DNA of 64,000 nt, from positions 15,874 through 79,873 of the forward strand of contig JAAETO010000285.1 of assembly GCA_024228275.1 (NCBI GenBank), written 5' to 3'. A model generated the notes under the pieces. It saw only the letters and a list, made by a program, of their open reading frames with translations. It made no database searches and was not told the origin of the DNA. How positions within the stretch are numbered: the stretch's first letter is position 1; each line of letters opens with the position of its first letter. Positions 26,522 through 34,080 of the stretch are shown here, one piece after another. Made by a program: the position numbers and the translations under genes. Source of the DNA: Arcobacter sp. Its GTDB lineage: Bacteria; Campylobacterota; Campylobacteria; Campylobacterales; Arcobacteraceae.

Positions 26522-27688
26522 ATGTTAGTAGCACCCAAGAGAGGATTTATTCAAAAAGAATATGAAAATAGATTATCAAAAATTCAAAAACTTATGTTTA
26601 AAGAAAAAATGGATGCTATTTTATTAACAACTCAAGTTGACATAGAATACTATACAGGGTTTAAGACACAATTTTTTGTAAGTCCAACAAGACCCTGGTT
26701 CGTATTAATTCCCTTAGATGGTAAACCAAAAGCAATTATTCCTGTAATTGGAAAAAGTGGTATGAAAGAAACTTGGATTGATGATATTCAAACTTGGGTA
26801 TCTCCAAATCCAGATGATGAAGGCGTAAGCTTATTAATAAGTTCAATTAATAATTTAAGGAAGAGATTTAATTCACTTGGCATTCCTCAAGGTCATGAAA
26901 GTAATCTAAGAATGCCCATATCTGATTACAATAAATTAATCTCAAGTTTAAATGATGTACAGATAAAAGATGCTACGAAAATTTTAAGATATGTTAGGTA
27001 TATAAAATCACCAGCAGAGATTGAAAAAATATCATATATTTGTCAAATAGCATCTCAGGGTTTTGAAGATTTGCCAAAACTTTTAAAAGTAGGTGAAAGT
27101 GAAAGTGAAAATTGCCAGAGATTTAAAAAACATTTATTAAATTTAGGGGTAGATGATTTCCCTTATTTGATTTCAGGTTCTGGTCAAGGTGGATATGGAT
27201 CAATTATAATGGGTCCAACTGAAAGGATTTTAGATGATGGAGATATTTTTATCATTGATACAGGTTGTGTGTATGATAGTTACTTCTGTGATTTTGACAG
27301 AAATTACGCATTCTCTTACGCAAGTGAGGAATCAAAAAGAGCTTATGAAGTAGTTTATAAGGCAACTGATGCAGGATTTGAAGCATCAAAAGTAGGTAAT
27401 ACTACTAGTGATGTATTTAATGCTATGAATAAAGTACTACAAAATGGTGGTGCTTTAGGAAATAGTGTAGGAAGACTAGGTCATGGTTTAGGAATGCAAT
27501 TAACTGAATGGCCTTCAAATACTATAAATGATAATACTATTTTAGAAGAAGGAGTAATTATAACATTAGAGCCTGGAATGGAATATCTTCCTAATAAAGA
27601 GATGGTTCATGAAGAGAATATTTTAATTACTAATAGTGGTCCAGTATGGTTATCAAAACGTGCCCCAAAAGAACTTCCAATTATTTAA
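26522..27688 (+). CDS. M24-family hydrolase (Xaa-Pro peptidase / creatinase / ectoine-hydrolase-like)
   Basis: 388 aa. It has an N-terminal creatinase-like domain and a C-terminal pita-bread motif set: IIDTGCVYDSYFCDFDRNY, GHGLGMQL, ITLEPGMEY, HEENILIT. Confidence 0.75.
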   Translation: MLVAPKRGFIQKEYENRLSKIQKLMFKEKMDAILLTTQVDIEYYTGFKTQFFVSPTRPWFVLIPLDGKPKAIIPVIGKSGMKETWIDDIQTWVSPNPDDEGVSLLISSINNLRKRFNSLGIPQGHESNLRMPISDYNKLISSLNDVQIKDATKILRYVRYIKSPAEIEKISYICQIASQGFEDLPKLLKVGESESENCQRFKKHLLNLGVDDFPYLISGSGQGGYGSIIMGPTERILDDGDIFIIDTGCVYDSYFCDFDRNYAFSYASEESKRAYEVVYKATDAGFEASKVGNTTSDVFNAMNKVLQNGGALGNSVGRLGHGLGMQLTEWPSNTINDNTILEEGVIITLEPGMEYLPNKEMVHEENILITNSGPVWLSKRAPKELPII

Positions 27689-27727
27689 TATGTATTATTC
27701 TTTTTCTAATTATTTTAACGATCTATA

Positions 27728-27754
27728 AATAGAAAAGCTTAGCTTCTCTATTTA
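27728..27754. terminator. bidirectional hairpin between the convergent M24 gene and nirD
   Basis: aatagaaaagc-tta-gcttctctatt (10 of 11 bp paired) with A/T runs on both sides. It overlaps the nirD stop codon. Confidence 0.45.
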
Positions 27755-28060
27755 TATTGCTATATATAAAATATCTTTTTCTATTTTACTCTCATAAGTT
27801 TTTGTACAACCACAATCATTTCCTTGTGCTTCTCCTGTTTTTAAATCGATATCCCAGTTATGTAAAGGACAAGTTACTTGATTCTCATGAACTAATCCTT
27901 CACTTAGATTACCTTGCTTATGAGGACATTCGTTATTTACAGCAAAGATAGAATTGTCTTTTGTTTTGAAAACAGCAATCTCTTTATCTTTTATTAAAAT
28001 TTTTCTTGAACCCATAAATGGGATTTCATCTATATTCGTTATTTTTACCCAGTTTGCCAT
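27752..28060 (-). CDS. nirD: nitrite reductase [NAD(P)H] small subunit NirD (Rieske-like)
   Basis: The start is placed at MANWVKI (ATG 28058-28060), 1 nt after the nirB stop, with AGGAG inside the nirB end. NECPHKQGNLSEG...TCPLHNW is the NirD Rieske-like motif. Confidence 0.85.
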   Translation of the reverse strand: MANWVKITNIDEIPFMGSRKILIKDKEIAVFKTKDNSIFAVNNECPHKQGNLSEGLVHENQVTCPLHNWDIDLKTGEAQGNDCGCTKTYESKIEKDILYIAI

Positions 28061-28061
28061 T

Positions 28062-30527
28062 TTATATCTCCTTTGCTTCAAAGTTTGTTAAGTTTTTTGT
28101 ATCAATTACAATTGGGTTGAACTCTTTTGTAAATCCAGATTCATTTGCCTCTTGCCACGGATCAACTTGTGCATATTTTTGCGATTCTTCAAATCTTAAA
28201 GCACAAGCTTCTCTATTTTTTTCATCATTTAAAATTGCATCTTTTACATAATCTAAACCAACTCTTTCTACCCAATGAGCAGTTCTTTCTAAGTAATATG
28301 CATCTTCTCTATAAAATTGTGTTAGAGCTTTTACATATTCAAAAAGTTCTTCATCTGTTTGTACTTTTGTAAAAAAGTCAGTTACTCTAACTTTTATTCC
28401 ACCATTACCAGCTATATGAATTTCCCAACCTGAATCAACGCCAATAACGCCAATATCTTTAATAGTAGCTTCTGCACAATTTCTAGGACATCCAGATACA
28501 GCTAGTTTAAATTTATGAGGAGTCCATGAACCCCAAGTTAGTCTTTCTAAATCTACACCCATTTGCATAGAGTCTTGTGTTCCAAATCTACACCATTGAT
28601 TACCAACACAAGTTTTTACTGTTCTTAGCCCTTTTGCATATGCTTGTCCTGAAACAAAACCACAATCATTTAAATCTTGCCACATAGGACCTAATTGCTC
28701 TTTTTTTACACCTAATAAATCTAATCTTTGACCACCAGTAAATTTGACAGTTGGTACATCATATTTAACAGCTATATTTGCGATATCCTTAAGTTCTTTA
28801 GGGCTTGTTAGTCCTCCCCAAATTCTAGGAACTACAGAATATGTACCATCTTTTTGTATATTTGCAGATAATCTATCATTTACTAATGCACTTCTTTTAT
28901 CATTTTTGTATTTATTGTCATTATATTTTACAAGTAAGTAATAGTTTACAGCAGGTCTACATTTTGCACACCCATCTTTAGTTTTCCAGTCAAGTTTTTT
29001 AAATACCTCATATACATTATTAAATTCATATTCATTTATATGTTTTTTAATTTCTTTATGTCCAACATCACAACAGTCACAAATACCTTCTACTGTATCT
29101 TGGTATTCATCCCCTAAAGTGTTCACTAAAATTTGTTCAACTAATCCTAGACAAGAACCACATGAAGCACCAGCTTTTGTACATGATTTTACTTCTGTTA
29201 AAGTTTTTAAGTCATTTTCTTTAATTGCATTTACGACATCGCCTTTGCATACGCCATTACATCCACAAACTTCTTCATCGTCACTCATAGAATTAACATC
29301 GTCTCCACCATGTCCTGAATCACCTAAAAGAGCAGCTTTTCCAAATAAAATCTTAGTTCTTAAATCACTTATATCAGTATGTTCTTTTAATAATTTTAAA
29401 TACCATGAAGCATCAGCTGTATCTCCATATAAAACTATACCAATAATTTTGTTATCATAAATTACAAGTTTTTTATATACTCCAACTTTTTCATCAAGTA
29501 AGATTAATTCTTCAGTTGTTTCATCTCCTAGATAATCTCCTGCTGAAAATAAATCAATTCCAGAAATTTTTAATCTTGTTGATAAGGTTGAACCTTTATA
29601 TCCTTCACTATCTTTATTAGCTAATTTCTTAGCACAAAATTTAGCTTGTTCATAAAGAGGAGCTACTAGACCATAAGTATTACCTTTATGTTCTGCACAC
29701 TCTCCAATAGCAAAAATATCTTCATCACTTGTTTGTAAGTGATCATTGACGACAATACCTTTTTTTATTTCAAGTCCTGCTTCATTTGCAAGAATAGTAT
29801 TTGGAATAATTCCAGTTGCAAAGACTACAATATTTGATATTACTTTTTCACCATCTGTAAAGCTAACTTGTTCAACTTTTTGTGAACCATGAATTTCTTC
29901 AATTGTGGTATTTAATTTAAATTCAATACCGTAACTTTCTAAATTTTTTTGTAATAATTTACCAGCAGTTGAGTCTAATTGTTGACTCATAATTGAAGCA
30001 CTTCTATGTACTAAAATAGTTTTAATACCATGCATAGCAATACCATAAGCAGCTTCAAGTCCAAGAAGACCACCACCTACAACTACAGCAGTTTTATCTT
30101 TTGAAATAAGTTCTAAAATAGTATCACTATCTAGTTTTGTTCTAAAACCAATAACGTTTTCTAAGTCACTTCCTTTTGTTTTAGGTACAAAAGAGTTTGA
30201 ACCAGTTGCAATTAAAAGTTTGTCATAGTTTAACTCTAATCCACTTTGGCTTTTAACTGTTTTTTTATTTTTATTTATAGCAATTACTTTATCACCTTTA
30301 TGCAAAGTAATATTATGTTGTTCGTACCATGTTTGATGATTTATTATTGTATCTTCAAAAGTTTTTTCACCTGATAAAAGGTATGACAACATTATTCTGT
30401 TATAGTTGAAGTGGGGTTCATCTCCAAAAATTGTGATATCATATTTATCTGTAGTAATATCAAAAAGATCTTCAATAGTACGAAGACCACTCATTCCATT
30501 TCCTATAACTATTAGTTTCTCTTTCAC
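28062..30527 (-). CDS. nirB: assimilatory nitrite reductase [NAD(P)H] large subunit NirB
   Basis: 821 aa. It has an N-terminal FAD/NAD Rossmann fold (VIGNGMSG), a BFD-like 2Fe-2S region (CGCNGVCKG, CGSCLG) and a siroheme/4Fe-4S motif (GCPRNCAE, TCVGNQWCRFG). Confidence 0.9.
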   Translation of the reverse strand: MKEKLIVIGNGMSGLRTIEDLFDITTDKYDITIFGDEPHFNYNRIMLSYLLSGEKTFEDTIINHQTWYEQHNITLHKGDKVIAINKNKKTVKSQSGLELNYDKLLIATGSNSFVPKTKGSDLENVIGFRTKLDSDTILELISKDKTAVVVGGGLLGLEAAYGIAMHGIKTILVHRSASIMSQQLDSTAGKLLQKNLESYGIEFKLNTTIEEIHGSQKVEQVSFTDGEKVISNIVVFATGIIPNTILANEAGLEIKKGIVVNDHLQTSDEDIFAIGECAEHKGNTYGLVAPLYEQAKFCAKKLANKDSEGYKGSTLSTRLKISGIDLFSAGDYLGDETTEELILLDEKVGVYKKLVIYDNKIIGIVLYGDTADASWYLKLLKEHTDISDLRTKILFGKAALLGDSGHGGDDVNSMSDDEEVCGCNGVCKGDVVNAIKENDLKTLTEVKSCTKAGASCGSCLGLVEQILVNTLGDEYQDTVEGICDCCDVGHKEIKKHINEYEFNNVYEVFKKLDWKTKDGCAKCRPAVNYYLLVKYNDNKYKNDKRSALVNDRLSANIQKDGTYSVVPRIWGGLTSPKELKDIANIAVKYDVPTVKFTGGQRLDLLGVKKEQLGPMWQDLNDCGFVSGQAYAKGLRTVKTCVGNQWCRFGTQDSMQMGVDLERLTWGSWTPHKFKLAVSGCPRNCAEATIKDIGVIGVDSGWEIHIAGNGGIKVRVTDFFTKVQTDEELFEYVKALTQFYREDAYYLERTAHWVERVGLDYVKDAILNDEKNREACALRFEESQKYAQVDPWQEANESGFTKEFNPIVIDTKNLTNFEAKEI

Positions 30528-30592
30528 TATATTTCCTTAATATCTTATAGTGTAATTATAACAAAACTGTAAATATTTTAATCTTGTCATCT

Positions 30593-30622
30593 GTATAAAA
30601 AATAATCAGTATAAAAAATAAT
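30593..30622. repeat. 14-nt direct repeat (period 16) in the nirB upstream region
   Basis: gtataaaaaataat occurs at 30593-30606 and again at 30609-30622, 66-95 nt upstream of the nirB start (30527, minus strand). Confidence 0.8.
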
Positions 30623-30755
30623 ATAGAGATATTGAATGAATATTATGGAATTTATAAATAATACTTGTGTTATCTATAATAAAAATTTAATAATTTGAGT
30701 AGGTATAAAAAATACATGTATTGAACCTATATCATAAAGCTTAAAGGATGATAGT

Positions 30756-30977
30756 TTATAGTCTAACTTGCCATTCATCCAAATCTTTAGGTTTTAGAAT
30801 AGAAGTATTATTATCCAAATCTTCTAATCCTGATGCACATTCATAAACTTGTTGGGCTAATTCATCTGGAGTATTTGCCCAGTTAATTGTATCTTCTTCT
30901 AAGTTTAAATTGTATCCACCATATGGAGCTGTTGATATATATAAAATTCCAAAAGGTGTCTTGTAATAGTACTTCAT
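30756..30977 (-). CDS. small acidic hypothetical protein (73 aa)
   Basis: The ORF stands alone between the lipoprotein operon and nirB. No family was recognised, and coding status is unverified. Confidence 0.4.
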   Translation of the reverse strand: MKYYYKTPFGILYISTAPYGGYNLNLEEDTINWANTPDELAQQVYECASGLEDLDNNTSILKPKDLDEWQVRL

Positions 30978-31126
30978 TTTTTAGTTCCTTCTTTGTTATA
31001 TATTCATTTTATCTAAACTTTGTTTAGGGAAAACGATTTGCAGCATAAAATATTTAGTTCGTTTTGTAGTTTCTATTAAGTTAGGGTATATATTGATTTT
31101 ATTATATACCCCAAGTTGCTTTAAAA

Positions 31127-32167
31127 TTAAGTCTTATCTTTTGATAGTTCGACTATTTTTTCAATATTAAAATAATATTTACCATCCTCTTCACTATATG
31201 GTATAGTACCATCTACTTCTGTAAAAACAAAAACTTTTTTGTCCTTACTTAATAGGTATGGTCTATTATTCTCATATTTAAAAAATCTATTTTTTAAATA
31301 TCTTTTATTATTTACTTCTTCACTAATATAATAATTTGAATAACCATTATGATTAAACATATTTAGATTGTGAACTGGAAAAGCATGATAGCCTTTTGCA
31401 TGATTTCTTATGGTTAATGCAACTTTTTCGTCTTTGCCGTTACCTTTAATAAAATAGTCATTTACGTAAAGTCGTTCCTCTTCAAGTGTTGCTATATCAT
31501 ATAAGATTAATTTTTCTTCGTTATCTTTTAAGAATTTTGGATGATATTGACCTGAAGCTAATCCGTAAACTCCCGCTTTATTAGCTACATGAGAGAGTTT
31601 TGTATAATCTGTTGCTGTATTAATTGCAACCTGAATTGCTGAAACAACTAATCCAATTAATCCGTTATTTCCGTCAAGTCCAGAATAAGAATAAGCATAG
31701 GCATTATTTTGCCATATTTCTTCTCCTGTATTTGCATCAAGTAAAGAAAACGATAATCCTACATCAACACTACTAGATACAACAGCATAATTAGTATCCC
31801 AGGCATTGATATCTACGTAAAGAATTGCATCAGGATTAAAAATTTCTTTCAGTTTTGATACAGGTATGCTTCTAATAAGTTCTGCATCAACTAGATTTTC
31901 ACTTTTAAAGAAACTGTCAACTAAATGGACAGGAAATACGTAATATCCTTTTTCTGACAAGGGCTTAGATATTGTATATCGAAAATGGTCAGTAGCATCT
32001 ACTGATGTTGTAGTATTTTTTGCCGGTAAAACTAAAATTGATTTAGGATGTTTAGAATATATTTTTGGGTATAAACTTCCTTTCGAAATTTGAGATTGTG
32101 ACGGAGCACAACCTGTTAAAACCATCATTGATAAAACCGCAATGATTATATAAATTGTATTTTTCAT
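31127..32167 (-). CDS. DUF799-like lipoprotein (GNA1162-type) with a ~130-aa C-terminal extension
   Basis: 346 aa with lipobox VLTGC. SILVLPAKNTTTSVDATDHF...SEKGYYVFPV...NPDAILYVDINAWDT fits the DUF799 pattern as I remember it. There is a 4-nt overlap with the upstream gene. Confidence 0.65.
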   Translation of the reverse strand: MKNTIYIIIAVLSMMVLTGCAPSQSQISKGSLYPKIYSKHPKSILVLPAKNTTTSVDATDHFRYTISKPLSEKGYYVFPVHLVDSFFKSENLVDAELIRSIPVSKLKEIFNPDAILYVDINAWDTNYAVVSSSVDVGLSFSLLDANTGEEIWQNNAYAYSYSGLDGNNGLIGLVVSAIQVAINTATDYTKLSHVANKAGVYGLASGQYHPKFLKDNEEKLILYDIATLEEERLYVNDYFIKGNGKDEKVALTIRNHAKGYHAFPVHNLNMFNHNGYSNYYISEEVNNKRYLKNRFFKYENNRPYLLSKDKKVFVFTEVDGTIPYSEEDGKYYFNIEKIVELSKDKT

Positions 32168-32532
32168 GATTCCTCACCATATAATTTTCTAATAACTCTA
32201 TTTATAAATACACTTGATTCAGGATAAGTCTCTTTTTCAAGAAGAAAATACTTTTTTGCTTTTAAAGTTTTGTTAGTTTCAAAAAGCATTTGTCCATATT
32301 CAGCGTATATACCTGGTGCAACTCTTTTTTTGGCTTCATTAGATTGAGTAATTATTTTTTTTAATTCTAATAAGTGTTCCTCTAAAACTTTCTTTTCATG
32401 ACCTTTCATACCATATTCAGACGAACTTTCAACATAATTATTCCATAAGTATAAAGGAGGTTGAGTTTGTTGACACCCTGTAAAAAGAACTATAAAAGAT
32501 GTAAATAATATAGTTTTAATATAATATTTCAT
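32164..32532 (-). CDS. DUF4810-like small lipoprotein
   Basis: 122 aa with lipobox LFTGC. YLWNNY...EEHL.EL..II....K.R.V.PGIYAEYG.ML fits the DUF4810 pattern. Its start overlaps the upstream stop (TAATG). Confidence 0.6.
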   Translation of the reverse strand: MKYYIKTILFTSFIVLFTGCQQTQPPLYLWNNYVESSSEYGMKGHEKKVLEEHLLELKKIITQSNEAKKRVAPGIYAEYGQMLFETNKTLKAKKYFLLEKETYPESSVFINRVIRKLYGEES

Positions 32533-32900
32533 TATAAATTAACCTCCACTGTGCTATTTGAACCTAAGTAAATATTTTTATTTAAAATAAAGTTGTTATT
32601 GAAATCATATACTTTTAGATTAATATTACCACTTTGAACTTCGTATAACTTATTAACTGTATCATCCTGACAATTACCAGTTTTTTTATTAACTGAACAA
32701 GCTTCTAATTGAAATTTATAGTTATCATTGATTATAATTAATAAACTTTCTTTTGCTTCTTTTGTAAATTTTAAATATCCAATATCTCTTATTTGTGTAT
32801 TTGTAGTTTTGTAATTACAACCAACAAACAATGTAGTAAATAATATTATTAATATAACAAACTTATTTTTGAACATATAATTCATCTTTTTTTGCTCCAT
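32532..32900 (-). CDS. small lipoprotein, unknown family
   Basis: Lipobox LFVGC. The true start is probably an internal Met (MNYMFKNKF or MFKNKF, 32885 or 32876). Either way it overlaps the 3' end of the CsgG-like gene. Confidence 0.55.
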   Translation of the reverse strand: MEQKKMNYMFKNKFVILIILFTTLFVGCNYKTTNTQIRDIGYLKFTKEAKESLLIIINDNYKFQLEACSVNKKTGNCQDDTVNKLYEVQSGNINLKVYDFNNNFILNKNIYLGSNSTVEVNL

Positions 32901-33813
32901 TTAAATTTCCTTCAACAAAAGTACAAATTGAACCTTCATCTGTATAGTTTGTACCAAACTGATTTAATATCTGAAGTTTAGCAATTTTTGCTCCAGGTAA
33001 TTCAACTGTCATACCTGTTTGAGGATTTTTAATACTTTTTCCCTTTTTATAAACAAATAAAGTATCTCCAATTCTAAGTCCTTGTTTAGCTCCTCCTGCA
33101 ATCATTATTGAATCGTTATTAATATCTAGAACATATGATCTCCAAGGTTTATTTAATAAGTTTTGCATTATTCCATCTACTACACTACTAATTGCTGTAG
33201 ATATTGCTTTATCATTTAAAGTTGAATCATATCCAACATGTTTACCTAAGCCAAAAGAAGTACCAGCTTCACTTTTAGCTTCACCCGCACCTTCTTGAGC
33301 AAAGATAATTTGTCCTGTTTTAACATCAATTAATCTGACACTTACTTTTGCATATGCTGTTTGAACTTTAGTTCTAGAAAAAACTCCTGTATCTGACATA
33401 TTTTTTCTGCCAAATTCAGTAACTGAACCAACAATAAGATAGTCTGAACCAATTTTTAATGATTTCAAGTTATAATCTTGTATTTCATTATTTACAATAT
33501 TAATATCATCTCTTTCAAGTAAAATAAACTTTCCTGAATTTGCAAGTTTTGCTGATAAGATATCGGTAGCTTGTTTCTCAGCAACATAATTATTGTTTAA
33601 ACCAAATAGCTTAGACTTACCATATTGAGCTTCATTACTAAATCTGGTAATTGCAACTTTTCTTTTTAAAAGAGGTTCCTCTTTTTTTATAATAAGTTTT
33701 GGTTTTTCAATTGTAGGTTTTTCAACTTTTACTATTTTATTAGAGCTTGTGGCACAACCTGTAATAAAAATAGATACTAAAACACTAATTGCAATTAATG
33801 TATATTTTCTCAT
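32863..33813 (-). CDS. CsgG/HfaB-family outer-membrane lipoprotein (curli-secretion-channel-like)
   Basis: 316 aa with lipobox FITGC. KVAITRFSNEAQYGK...ATDILSAKLANSGKFILLERDDI...YLIVGSVTEFG matches the CsgG family pattern. Confidence 0.7.
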   Translation of the reverse strand: MRKYTLIAISVLVSIFITGCATSSNKIVKVEKPTIEKPKLIIKKEEPLLKRKVAITRFSNEAQYGKSKLFGLNNNYVAEKQATDILSAKLANSGKFILLERDDINIVNNEIQDYNLKSLKIGSDYLIVGSVTEFGRKNMSDTGVFSRTKVQTAYAKVSVRLIDVKTGQIIFAQEGAGEAKSEAGTSFGLGKHVGYDSTLNDKAISTAISSVVDGIMQNLLNKPWRSYVLDINNDSIMIAGGAKQGLRIGDTLFVYKKGKSIKNPQTGMTVELPGAKIAKLQILNQFGTNYTDEGSICTFVEGNLNGAKKDELYVQK

Positions 33814-33823
33814 TTAATTCCTT

Positions 33824-33865
33824 TTTTATATGAATTTTAACAAATTTTATATGAATTTTAACAAA
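33824..33865. repeat. perfect 21-bp tandem duplication directly upstream of the CsgG-like gene
   Basis: ttttatatgaattttaacaaa occurs at 33824-33844 and 33845-33865. The start codon of the minus-strand gene is at 33813. Confidence 0.9.
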
Positions 33866-34080
33866 AGAATGACTCCTAAATGTCTCAATCAAAATAAGAT
33901 TTAAAAATTTATATAAATAATTTAAATCCTATATGAAGTTGGTTACATATAAAATCATTAGAATAATGTAGTGTACTTTAGTTTTTGAAGATATTTTTAT
34001 AACCATTGAGACTTTTTATATATTTGTTTTTTGTGAATGCCTACTTGTAAAAACACGCTTATTTTTTATAAGCATGTTTT

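Noticed and set aside
28061-28081. Longer nirD start (MKQRRYK...) overlapping nirB
   Set aside because: The ATG at 28058-28060 follows an AGGAG and gives the usual NirD N-terminus (MANWVKI). The extension lies inside the nirB coding sequence.
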